Part shown: piece by piece, positions 28,503-37,655 of the stretch
Layout of the letters: every line of letters begins with the position of its first letter
Position numbering within the stretch: the first letter of the stretch is position 1
Source: a virus
Strand: one strand, 5' to 3'
Virus record (IMG/VR): IMGVR_UViG_3300010399_000039
Span: 7,220 to 71,219 of that record
DNA length: 64,000 nucleotides
The notes under the pieces: generated by a model
Databases searched by the model: none
Told to the model about the DNA's origin: nothing
The model's input: only the letters and a program-made list of their open reading frames with translations
Position numbers and translations under genes: made by a program

Positions 28503-29120
28503 ATGGATGTCACGACCATCACTACGCGCATCGTCCCTCAACTTCACTCCGACACGGTGAACAATCTTGCCTTCTGGACTGCCTGCGAAATTACAACCTG
28601 GCTCGATGAAGCCGCAAAACGTCTCGCCCGCACAACAGGCATCTTCACCGTTCGCGACATTTCAACGGTGCTCGTTGAAGGACAGGCGCTTTACGCTCTT
28701 CCCGCTCGTCACATAAGAACGCTGTTCGTATTTCACGACAACCAGCCGCTTATTCCAACACCCATCGACAAGCTGGAACTGATCGATCCGGGCTTCAAAG
28801 AGATCGCCAAGACGCCGCTGCGTTGGTGTGAGGACAAGGAAGGCATCGGAGACTTGAGGCTGTGGCCTGCGCCCGATGGTGATGCGGCAATGAAGGAACT
28901 GGCGATCATCTTCGTTGAGTCACGCGAGACGCTAGACTGTCCGGGCGTTACGACAACAATGGTGATGCCCAAACCCGTCGAGGACTATCTTGAGACGTTT
29001 GCACTCGGCAAAGCGTGGAACAAAGAGAGTGATGCTCGCTTGCCGGAAGTGGGAAATCATCTTGCAGAGAGAGCGCGGCTGATGGGGCAAGTCATCGCGC
29101 AATACTGGGGGATTGAATGA
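28503..29120 (+). CDS. adaptor/ring-like protein 3
   Basis: FWTACEITTWLDEA, GQALYALP, LRLWPAPD, FALGKAWNKE; similar layout to 24439. Confidence 0.68.
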   Translation: MDVTTITTRIVPQLHSDTVNNLAFWTACEITTWLDEAAKRLARTTGIFTVRDISTVLVEGQALYALPARHIRTLFVFHDNQPLIPTPIDKLELIDPGFKEIAKTPLRWCEDKEGIGDLRLWPAPDGDAAMKELAIIFVESRETLDCPGVTTTMVMPKPVEDYLETFALGKAWNKESDARLPEVGNHLAERARLMGQVIAQYWGIE

Positions 29121-29578
29121 GTATCGTAGTTTTCGATGGCAAGACACTTGCCGCTGACTGCTTGGCGGTGAACAGCGGTCTACGAATGAAGGTAAACAAA
29201 ATCTTTCGCGAGCCGAACGGGACACTGCTCGCATTCACCGGCCAACTCGACGCCGGGTTGATTATGGTGTAGTGGTTTCAGGACGGAGCGGACCTCGCGT
29301 GCTATCCGCCCTTTCAAGCAAAAGAAGATTGGACGCGATTGATTGTAGTTCATCCGACCGGCGAAGTCGTCGTCTACGAACAGCACCCCGTTGGTTATCG
29401 AGAAGAGAGGAGCTACGCCGCATGGGGATGTGGCCGCGACTTCGCGATGGGCGCTCTGGCGATGGGCGCAGACGCACGGCGCGCAGTGGAGATCACAAAC
29501 GAACTCTCGGAAGGCTGCGGGTTCGGGATCGAAGCGTTTGATCTTCGACCTCTCGAATTAGTAAAAACTGGCGACTGA
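29117..29578 (+). pseudogene. HslV/proteasome-beta-like Ntn peptidase with in-frame TAG at 29270-29272
   Basis: MSIVVFDGKTLAAD...KI...LAFTG...IMV*WFQ...AAWGCGRDFAMGALAMGADARRAVEI; one frame, overlapping both neighbours. Confidence 0.75.
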
Positions 29579-32500
29579 TGGCTTACGATCTCAAGCAACA
29601 AAGGGCACTCGGCAACGGGTTGAATTGGCTCGTCCCTTCCGACTTGATCGACGACGACGAAGCGATCGAGTTGTCGAATCTTCGCGTCGATGAATTCGGC
29701 GGTATCCGCACTCGTCCCGGCCATTCGCTCGTCGCTTCGGCGCTCGGCGCTGTCAACTCCCTCATACGGGCCAACGGTATTCGCTACTCGGGCGATGGGA
29801 CTTCCCTTCACCGTGCGCTTGCTGGTGGTGCCATCGCTGGAGGCTTCGACGGCAATCCTCTGGGTATGGTGTCTTGGAAGGGCTTTCTTCTGGTCACGAA
29901 TAAGAACAGCCCGACCGGCTTCACTTCTCCTGTAAAAGACAATGGCTCGACAGTAACCCGAATGATCCCGGCTGCTCCCGTTGCCGCGCCGGTCGTCACC
30001 AAAGGCGCGGAGAAGGTAACGGTTGTTTCCACGATGGACGATTCGGAGACGTGGACTGAGAGTGCGGGAACGAAGAGCTTTGATGCGGCTGACAAGAAGG
30101 CAGGCACCCACTCGTTGAAGCTGGTCACAGCGGACCCCGGCCTCTACACGTTGACTCGAACCACGACGCCAAACCTCGACTCGGTTGGTGGGCAGACCGG
30201 CACCGACGACGATAAGCACCGCATCTGGATCAAGGTTGACGATTTCACACAGACCGGCGATATCAATTTGCTTGTTGATGTCTCCGCTGCGGCAGACTTT
30301 TCGGATTACTATCGCGCGCGCATCCCGCGAAAGAAACTCCGTAAAGCGCACGGCGGCTGGGTGCAGTTTGAGATCCGGCGAGCTTCAACGGTTCAGGATG
30401 TGCTCGTTGCTGACCCCGGTTCAGTAGGGCTGTTGGAAAGCATCAGCCATCAAGACTTCAGCCCACGCGAGGGCGTAAGTTTTCAAGATCACGATGCCGC
30501 GACTCGCGCATTGATTTCGGCGGAAGCGCTGACCTTCGAACGTATCGGCAACGACGATACTCGCACCTGGGCCAATGCTACGCAGATCAGAATCGAGATT
30601 GAAGTCTTCGGTGTGACAACGCTTCGCTTTGACGAGTGGGAAGTGTTCGGCTCGATAATCGGTTCGCTCGAAGGAAAGAACATTGTCCATTACTACACCT
30701 ACGTCACGGCAAACGGCAGTGAGTCAAACCCGAGTCCTGGCAGCATCCCAGCGAAATTCAACCGCCGGGCCGCGGCTGTCGCGCTAATTGCATCCACCGA
30801 CCCCCAAGTGACGGGCATCAACGTCTTCCGTGGCGGGGGAACACTTGGCGAGACCTATCGCGTGAACGGAACGACTCCGATCGCGAACGCGACTGCGAGT
30901 TATGCTGATATCAATAGCGACGAAACGTTGTTCACTGACAACTTCTTGTTGGAGTTCGATCACGACGATCCGCCGGCAGCAGCGATCTTTGCCGGTCCCT
31001 ACAACAGCAGAATTATCGCCGCGTCGTCGACGGCCAATCCGAATCGCTACTGGTGGTCAGCGGTCAATCAACTGTACTTCCCAGGAGCAGCAGACGCTGC
31101 GGGAAACTGGAACGACGTAGGCGGCTCGGGTGAGGCGATAGTCGCGATCACGGTTCACGAAGGATATCTCCTGATCTGGAAATCGAACTCCATCTGGCGA
31201 GTTATCGGAGATCCCGATGATAGCGGCGGGCAGTACGAATTTGTTGGCGTGAAGCATGGCGTTGTTGGACCGAAGGCTTTAGTCACCGGCGATCAGGGCG
31301 TCTACTTCTGCGACACCGAAGGCGTGTATCTGTTTGCGGGCCGAACCGCTCAAAAGCTTTCCCAGAAGATTGCTCCGATCTTCAGGGGCCAGACGGTTAC
31401 GCTTGCAAGCGGAGTGACAATTCCGCCGATCAGTTCATCGGCGCGCTCGAAGATTTGTCTCGAACTGGTTAACGGGCGGCTTTATATGAGCTACCCCGAA
31501 AGCGGCCAAAGCTCTAACAACGTGACGATTGTTTATCACGTCGAAACTCAGCGGTGGTATCGGGACTCTCGAGCATTCTCGGCTTTCTACAACGAAGCGA
31601 ACACGCTGCTGGCTGGAACCTCGGGCGGCACCGTGCTTGCGCTTGAAACCGGGTCTTCGGATGCGACGGTTGCGATCCCTATTGCCTACCAGTCGAAGTA
31701 TTACGACCTGGGCGCGCCGGATGCCGAAAAGACACTGAACGATTTTGAGATTGAATACAGTTCCCCGGTCGCGCTGACCGTCACGGCCTTCTTGAACAAC
31801 GGGGCAGCGATGGCCCTCGGGACCGTCCCGGCCTCGGCAAGTCTTCAAAAGAAAACCTTGCAGTTCAACGAAGAAGACGGCCAGAAGGCTTTCAACTGTT
31901 CAATCAGGATCACCGGGAGCGCGGACACCGAAATCTACATTAAGGGACTGTGGCTTCACTACTACCTTGAAGCGCGAAAGGGTTCGAGTTTCGATACCGA
32001 CGAATCCGATTTTGGAGTTCCCGGCGTGAAAGAGTATCGACAGATCGAACTCGATATCGATTGCGTTGCGGCAACCGAACTGAAGGTCCTGACCGATCTC
32101 CCGAGCAATGCGATGACGTTGCGCGAGGCGCTTGCGATTCCGCTCACTGCTGGAAGGCGTATAGTGCCGAAGATGCTGACCTCGCGAGAGCGTGGTTATC
32201 TAAGCCGACTCACGATCGATGATTCCAGCGCACAGTTTCAGCTTTACGGCGGCAGGGTCGAATACAAAGTCATCGGCGATTGGGTTGTTGCGGGCGAGAC
32301 CTGGGATTCGGACGAATTGAACTTCGGCAGCGAGAAGGTGAAAGAAGCGCGGTCGCTGAAAATCGAACTTGAGAACGTGGCGGATGTGACCATGACGATC
32401 CTTTCAGACATTCCCGGCGGTGCGCTCGTACAGCGAGGCTCACCGTTGACGATCAACGCGAACGCAGCGCGGCGTGTTGTAGAGATTCCATTCGCGGCTG

Positions 32501-33063
32501 GCGCGTTCTATCGCGGGCGCAACTTCAGAATCAAGATGACCTCGACGAGCGACTGGGCACTGTACGGCGCGGAGTTGGAGATGCGCGTTATCGGGGAATA
32601 TGTCTTTGGGAGCAGCGGCAAGATTTGGGACAGCGGAGAGATCGACTGGCAGACCGAAAGAGTGAAGTGGGCGAAGGAATTGGAATTCGACTACGAGAGC
32701 AGCGCGACAATCACGATTGCTTGTCTGGCGGATATTCCCGGCGGCGTGTTGGCCGTGCGGTTGTCGCCGACGCTTGCGACCAGCGCGGGCGTGCGCCAGA
32801 CAAAGAAGATTCGACTGCCTTCGACGTTTCAGGGGCGGCTTCATCGATTCAAAGCGAGCACAGCCTCGACCGATTTCATTCTGTATGCTGGACGTGAGCG
32901 AATCAAAATGGTCGGTGAGCCGGGCGCGACACCTTGGATTTGGCGCGATCTGCCGATTGCCCAAACAGCCGAGGGGCAATGGGGCTGGGGCAAACTCCCG
33001 GTTGTGCCGAGTGGAAGTAATGAATGGCGCTGGCACGCGCTTCAAGTTGATCGCGCAGCGTAG
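29578..33063 (+). CDS. tail nozzle / DNA stabilization protein (T7 gp12 / P22 gp10-like)
   Basis: GLN......LI.DDEA..LSNLRVDEFGGIRTRPG start; propeller motifs YWWS, GEAIVAI, LLIWKSNSIW, GVYFCDTEGVY; YQSKYYDLG..K. Confidence 0.8.
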   Translation: MAYDLKQQRALGNGLNWLVPSDLIDDDEAIELSNLRVDEFGGIRTRPGHSLVASALGAVNSLIRANGIRYSGDGTSLHRALAGGAIAGGFDGNPLGMVSWKGFLLVTNKNSPTGFTSPVKDNGSTVTRMIPAAPVAAPVVTKGAEKVTVVSTMDDSETWTESAGTKSFDAADKKAGTHSLKLVTADPGLYTLTRTTTPNLDSVGGQTGTDDDKHRIWIKVDDFTQTGDINLLVDVSAAADFSDYYRARIPRKKLRKAHGGWVQFEIRRASTVQDVLVADPGSVGLLESISHQDFSPREGVSFQDHDAATRALISAEALTFERIGNDDTRTWANATQIRIEIEVFGVTTLRFDEWEVFGSIIGSLEGKNIVHYYTYVTANGSESNPSPGSIPAKFNRRAAAVALIASTDPQVTGINVFRGGGTLGETYRVNGTTPIANATASYADINSDETLFTDNFLLEFDHDDPPAAAIFAGPYNSRIIAASSTANPNRYWWSAVNQLYFPGAADAAGNWNDVGGSGEAIVAITVHEGYLLIWKSNSIWRVIGDPDDSGGQYEFVGVKHGVVGPKALVTGDQGVYFCDTEGVYLFAGRTAQKLSQKIAPIFRGQTVTLASGVTIPPISSSARSKICLELVNGRLYMSYPESGQSSNNVTIVYHVETQRWYRDSRAFSAFYNEANTLLAGTSGGTVLALETGSSDATVAIPIAYQSKYYDLGAPDAEKTLNDFEIEYSSPVALTVTAFLNNGAAMALGTVPASASLQKKTLQFNEEDGQKAFNCSIRITGSADTEIYIKGLWLHYYLEARKGSSFDTDESDFGVPGVKEYRQIELDIDCVAATELKVLTDLPSNAMTLREALAIPLTAGRRIVPKMLTSRERGYLSRLTIDDSSAQFQLYGGRVEYKVIGDWVVAGETWDSDELNFGSEKVKEARSLKIELENVADVTMTILSDIPGGALVQRGSPLTINANAARRVVEIPFAAGAFYRGRNFRIKMTSTSDWALYGAELEMRVIGEYVFGSSGKIWDSGEIDWQTERVKWAKELEFDYESSATITIACLADIPGGVLAVRLSPTLATSAGVRQTKKIRLPSTFQGRLHRFKASTASTDFILYAGRERIKMVGEPGATPWIWRDLPIAQTAEGQWGWGKLPVVPSGSNEWRWHALQVDRAA

Positions 33064-33072
33064 GTTTTCAAA

Positions 33073-34806
33073 ATGCCCGATCAGGTCACATCAAAACCAA
33101 AGAACCTCGCGGTGCCGTGGCTCGCAATCGAGCGCTCACTACCTCAGCGCGTTGAAGACATCATACCGTTTCTGCAAGACCTCATCGCCGATCTCAACGA
33201 GAACCATCAGAAGATTGCCGACTCCCTAAAGAACGCGGCCGGCCACGGCGGACAGGATGTAGGCTTTGGAGGCGACATTGATCTCCAGGGCCACGTCATC
33301 AAGAACAGCGGGAAGCCAAAAAATAAGACCTCGATTCCTACTCTTGAACAGGTAGGGCAGATTGCAAGTTTTTCAGCGGGTGCGGCATTGAATCAGGCGC
33401 TCGGCGCGATCGATATCACTCAGATTGATGGCGGCGAAGATTTGCTCGATCTCGACATCCCGGCAGTTGTTACAGACCTCACTCTGGAATGGGCGCGGAA
33501 AGTTGGTTTTCTTGCCCGCGTATCCCCGCCGGTCAACGTCAAACGCACGCGCGGATACTACTTCGCCTTCTTCAACGATGACTCGGGCGTCGTCTGGATG
33601 AATCCAACGACCGGCCAGGTAGCGGCCGACGAAGCGGAGGCCACGACGCCGCTAATTGATGCCACGCACTTCTCGACCAATCTAGCTGTCAGCGATCTCG
33701 CTGAACCGTTCGCCACAACAGGCGTCAAGGTGCGCGTGCGCGCCGAGGTACGAATCAAAGGGAAAGGTATCGTTAAAGGCAAACCGCTCGACTACCCAAC
33801 GCTCGTACCACCCGGCGGTGATCCGGGACTCGGTTCGACCGCTTTCACTGGAACCGCAGTGCCCGAACTTTATATGGGCATCGAGCGCTCAGATACCGGC
33901 GCGGCGTCACCCGTCAACACGACTACAACGTATTATCTGGACGCGGCGGCTTCCGCGATTGCGAACCACTACGTCGGAAGCGCCGAGCGAGATTTCTACA
34001 TCGAGATTGATTCGATGGCAAGCGCGGACCTGTTTCGCAAGATCACCGCTTACGATGAAGTGGCCAAAAAGGTCACAGTGAGTCCCGCTTGGTCAGCCGC
34101 TCCCGCCAGCGGAGCGGGGTTCATCATTCACCGCGGCCTCGTGACCGGCGGCAAGTCTGGCACAGGGCACGGCACAACGACGTTCGTTGGGGCCAGCACG
34201 GACTCATCGGTCGATGGTCATTACAAAGGAATGATGCTTTACATCCTTGAGGCGGCAGCGGGCCAGCAGATTCAGAAGATCACGGGCTACACTGGGGCGA
34301 CCAGAACCTACACGATCGAGCCTGCGCCGGGACACGTTGCGCTTGCGGGCGCCCCGACGAACAACGCAGGCTACCTTGTCTCGAAGGGCAGCTTCGGTTA
34401 TGCGTTCAGCAATCAGACTGGGTTGATTACGGCGGTTCCGTTCAGAGTCTGGTTGGATGCCGATCTCGTGAAGAACGTCGTTGAGCCGATCCCGCCCGAT
34501 GATGCGAACTCATACTTTCTAACTAAGGGCTACGCGCAGATGAGCAGGGCCAGCACCGGCAAGATCAAGTATCAGAAAAAGCTTGAGCCGGACTCGAATC
34601 ACGAGATCAACGCGCCGAGCGGATTTTTGCCGATGATCGCGATGAAATGGAGAAATCTGTTTCGCGGGGGCGGAAGTGACGGATGGAGCGAACTCACCTA
34701 TTACGTCCCAGGATATAAGTCAGCGGACACGCCGACTGTCTATTCTCCGACAGACTTCCCACCAACGGAAGTGGATTATCAGTCGGTGTTTCCGATAGGG
34801 CTGTGA
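33073..34806 (+). CDS. tail protein
   Basis: Follows the nozzle gene; two copies of an S..(D/N)HY.G...KIT.Y...T.T..PA module. Confidence 0.65.
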   Translation: MPDQVTSKPKNLAVPWLAIERSLPQRVEDIIPFLQDLIADLNENHQKIADSLKNAAGHGGQDVGFGGDIDLQGHVIKNSGKPKNKTSIPTLEQVGQIASFSAGAALNQALGAIDITQIDGGEDLLDLDIPAVVTDLTLEWARKVGFLARVSPPVNVKRTRGYYFAFFNDDSGVVWMNPTTGQVAADEAEATTPLIDATHFSTNLAVSDLAEPFATTGVKVRVRAEVRIKGKGIVKGKPLDYPTLVPPGGDPGLGSTAFTGTAVPELYMGIERSDTGAASPVNTTTTYYLDAAASAIANHYVGSAERDFYIEIDSMASADLFRKITAYDEVAKKVTVSPAWSAAPASGAGFIIHRGLVTGGKSGTGHGTTTFVGASTDSSVDGHYKGMMLYILEAAAGQQIQKITGYTGATRTYTIEPAPGHVALAGAPTNNAGYLVSKGSFGYAFSNQTGLITAVPFRVWLDADLVKNVVEPIPPDDANSYFLTKGYAQMSRASTGKIKYQKKLEPDSNHEINAPSGFLPMIAMKWRNLFRGGGSDGWSELTYYVPGYKSADTPTVYSPTDFPPTEVDYQSVFPIGL

Positions 34807-34812
34807 TTTTGA

Positions 34813-34841
34813 TTGGTTGAAAGCGTGAGCGGTGCTATAGT
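34813..34841 (+). promoter_or_regulatory. putative promoter with extended -10
   Basis: TTGGTT-17nt-TATAGT with TG before the -10. Confidence 0.45.
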
Positions 34842-34860
34842 TGCGCGAGAAAGAACAGTA

Positions 34861-35547
34861 ATGGAGAAAGCGATCACCTACAACGCGCACGTAACGGTTT
34901 CAAAGCCATTCCCAGAAGCAGACTTTCCGCTTTTATGGTCGTGGATCGAAAAGAGCAAACATCACGTCTCTTGTGACCAGTCTCCCCAGAGCCTTGAAGA
35001 CTTCATTGCGTATCAAATCGCCAGAACGCAGTCGATGCAGATCATCACGTGGGGGGTCTATCTTGACGGCGCACTTTCGGGCTACCTCGAAATGATGCCG
35101 CACTTTCTCGGGGTTCCTGCTGAATCAGACGATCCTTGCCTTGTTCCCGCGCTCGATAAGATCGCGGATGGCCACGGGATATTCAAACGTGAGATGTACG
35201 GGCGAGACAAGACGACAACCGCAATCAATCTTGTGCTTCAGGAAATCTTCGCGAGTGGGATCGAGGTAATGCAGTTCTCATTGTTCAGCCACAACCGGCT
35301 AATGATCGCGTTGCACGGATCGCTTGGCGGGCACTTCGGCGGTTCACTTGGAGAGCCGGTCACGCAGGAAGGGAACGCGGTCGCGATGGAGATGTGGGTG
35401 TTGACGAAGGTCGAGTGGGTGAAGGCGAATGCGGAGTGGATCCAGGAGTATGAGAATCACACAAGGCAAGCGAAGGCGTTCGCCGCAGCATACGAGCTGG
35501 GTTATCCCGATTACGAAACGGTCGAGAAGATACTGCTAGGAGCGTAA
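34861..35547 (+). CDS. GNAT-fold acetyltransferase-like protein (paralog 2; T7 gp13-like position)
   Basis: PFPEADFPLLWSW, TWGVYLDGALSGYLE, YGRDKT, HNRLMIAL..SLG; precedes the ejection genes. Confidence 0.62.
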   Translation: MEKAITYNAHVTVSKPFPEADFPLLWSWIEKSKHHVSCDQSPQSLEDFIAYQIARTQSMQIITWGVYLDGALSGYLEMMPHFLGVPAESDDPCLVPALDKIADGHGIFKREMYGRDKTTTAINLVLQEIFASGIEVMQFSLFSHNRLMIALHGSLGGHFGGSLGEPVTQEGNAVAMEMWVLTKVEWVKANAEWIQEYENHTRQAKAFAAAYELGYPDYETVEKILLGA

Positions 35548-35551
35548 GTCT

Positions 35552-35809
35552 ATGCCAGTCATCAAAGCTGAAGAGATACTAATCACGCCTCAACCGAAGC
35601 GTGGCTTGCTCCGGCCTTCCGTTGTTTTTAGTTTGCCAAACGGCATCACTTTCGAGATGGATACCGTCGAGGCCGGTGCGTTCTGGTCAGAGATCGTTTT
35701 CAATATCGGGAAGGCCGAGAGCGACGATGGAGGCCGAAGCTTAGATCTAGGCAGGCAGCAGGCTCGCGCACTATGGGATCAGCATAATTCAGCCCCCGCG
35801 AAGAGGTAA
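35552..35809 (+). CDS. hypothetical protein
   Basis: AGGAG RBS; packed in the operon. Confidence 0.5.
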   Translation: MPVIKAEEILITPQPKRGLLRPSVVFSLPNGITFEMDTVEAGAFWSEIVFNIGKAESDDGGRSLDLGRQQARALWDQHNSAPAKR

Positions 35810-35813
35810 ACCA

Positions 35814-36407
35814 ATGCCTGTCATTCCGTTCATCCCAGCAATCATCAGCGGCGTCGGTGCAATCGCCAGCGCAAAGGGTAAGAAGTCAACTTCGACCTCA
35901 ACAACCAGCGCCAACTACGACCCCGCACAGGCCGCGATTCATGCGCAACTTGCGGACATCTTCAAGAACATTCTCGCGAACGGCCCAAGCGTTCCCGGCT
36001 GGCAAAAGAACCAGATGGCGACTCAGGTTAATAGCGGATATGCCGGAATAGTGCCGAAGCTCGAACAGCAACTTGCGTCGCGAGGCTTTGGGGAATCCGG
36101 GAAACTTGGCACTACGCTTCGCGGCGTCGAAATTGGGCGAGTCAACGCATTGAGTCAAGGCCAGCAGGCTTTAAGCGCGGCAGCACAACAGCGATACGAT
36201 GAGATGCTGAGACTCGCGCAGAGCTTTACGAATCCAACGAGTCAGACCACCACCGGGAGCGTCACCGGCCCGAGCAATTACGGCGGGGCGTTCTCTCAAA
36301 TCGGCGGCGATCTTGCCAGTATGTTAATGCTGCGCAAGATGTTTGGGAACGCGGGCGGCAGCGGCGGTGGTGGTGGATTCGATGACGGCTTTACCGGACA
36401 GGTTTAG
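35814..36407 (+). CDS. ejection/pilot protein (small)
   Basis: Hydrophobic Gly/Ala start, LASRGFGESG, Gln/Gly-rich. Confidence 0.7.
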   Translation: MPVIPFIPAIISGVGAIASAKGKKSTSTSTTSANYDPAQAAIHAQLADIFKNILANGPSVPGWQKNQMATQVNSGYAGIVPKLEQQLASRGFGESGKLGTTLRGVEIGRVNALSQGQQALSAAAQQRYDEMLRLAQSFTNPTSQTTTGSVTGPSNYGGAFSQIGGDLASMLMLRKMFGNAGGSGGGGGFDDGFTGQV

Positions 36408-36413
36408 AAACCG

Positions 36414-37646
36414 ATGGGCAGTTACCCCCCAGATCAAAATACGTCGGGCATTGATCCTCGACAAGATAAAGGATTCGGCTTCGGTCTCGGTTCAAGCTTC
36501 GACTCAATGAATACGTGGCAGAAAGCCGCGCTCCTGAGTAATCCGAGAGCCCTACAAATCATGCAGTACGTGCAGCAACTCGGCGCGCAGAAAGAGGAAC
36601 GTGATCGAAGGCGGCAGATTTTTCAGATGGACCTCGAAGATCGCCAGCGTCAGCGAGCGCATGAGGATTTGGCAACCGCAATCACACTACATGGCGCAGG
36701 ATTAATGCCGTCACCAGCAACGACACCAGAAGCCGATCTTAAGGTTAGACAAGCCTTCAATATGGACCCGTCTGTTTACCGCGAGCCGATTCAAGTCGGA
36801 GGTAAAACCTATCGCTTCCCAAGCCAATCGGATCAGGAGGAGCGTGCGCTCGAAAAGCAACAGACCGCAGCGGCGGGCGAATACCAGAAGGCCTATTCAA
36901 CCGCAAAAGGAAGAGCGGCTGGTGAAGACGCGACTGCGGTAGAGATGGATTTTGGGGACGCAGGAAAGATAAAAGTGCCAAGAACCCAGTTCATCTCGGC
37001 TTTGCGACTACAGCAGGACTTGAAGGCGAATAAGTATTCCGCGCACACGTTTCAAAAAGACGACAACGGCAACACAACATTTGTGGGAATACCTCAGAAC
37101 GGCGGTGAGCCGGTCAAGGTTTCGCTTGGAGCTATCGGGACGACGAAGACGGTGAAGACCAATAGCGGCGGCATAATGACACCGCGCGCCGAAAGAGCCT
37201 TCAACGAGGCGCAAGGGGCTATCGATCTCGCGAAGGCTGGCCCGAAAGCTACGAAGCAAGAGAGCTTTGACGAGAAAATCAAAAGAGAGATGGTCGGCGG
37301 TGATGCACCCGATCAGGTTCGCGAGAAGGAAGCCCAACGACTATGGAAGATTGCAGAGGATAAAGTCGCAAAAGCGGTGGCTGCGCATCCCGACGAACTC
37401 GAAGGCGGCAAGGGTGACGGTGGCTTCCCGTTCATTGTGCCAAAACAGAATAAGTCAGGCGTGACAACGATACCGCCGCCAACCGCGAATGTCGCCGATC
37501 AAATCAAGCGTGCGGTTGCTAATCAGCAAAGCAAGAAACTTCCCTTCCTCAAGAAGAATGCGCTGATCGTCGCTCAAAAGCTCGGACTTTCATTCGAAGA
37601 GTTTTCGCGGCAGTGGCACGCGGCGGGGGGAATCATCACCCCATAA
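36414..37646 (+). CDS. ejection protein (medium)
   Basis: Helical and Gln-rich; lies between the small ejection gene and the giant internal protein. Confidence 0.62.
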   Translation: MGSYPPDQNTSGIDPRQDKGFGFGLGSSFDSMNTWQKAALLSNPRALQIMQYVQQLGAQKEERDRRRQIFQMDLEDRQRQRAHEDLATAITLHGAGLMPSPATTPEADLKVRQAFNMDPSVYREPIQVGGKTYRFPSQSDQEERALEKQQTAAAGEYQKAYSTAKGRAAGEDATAVEMDFGDAGKIKVPRTQFISALRLQQDLKANKYSAHTFQKDDNGNTTFVGIPQNGGEPVKVSLGAIGTTKTVKTNSGGIMTPRAERAFNEAQGAIDLAKAGPKATKQESFDEKIKREMVGGDAPDQVREKEAQRLWKIAEDKVAKAVAAHPDELEGGKGDGGFPFIVPKQNKSGVTTIPPPTANVADQIKRAVANQQSKKLPFLKKNALIVAQKLGLSFEEFSRQWHAAGGIITP

Positions 37647-37655
37647 CCACATGGA

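Noticed and set aside
29270-29272. Genome-wide TAG recoding
   Set aside because: Only one interrupted gene; essential genes end cleanly in TAG and coding density is high with the standard code.
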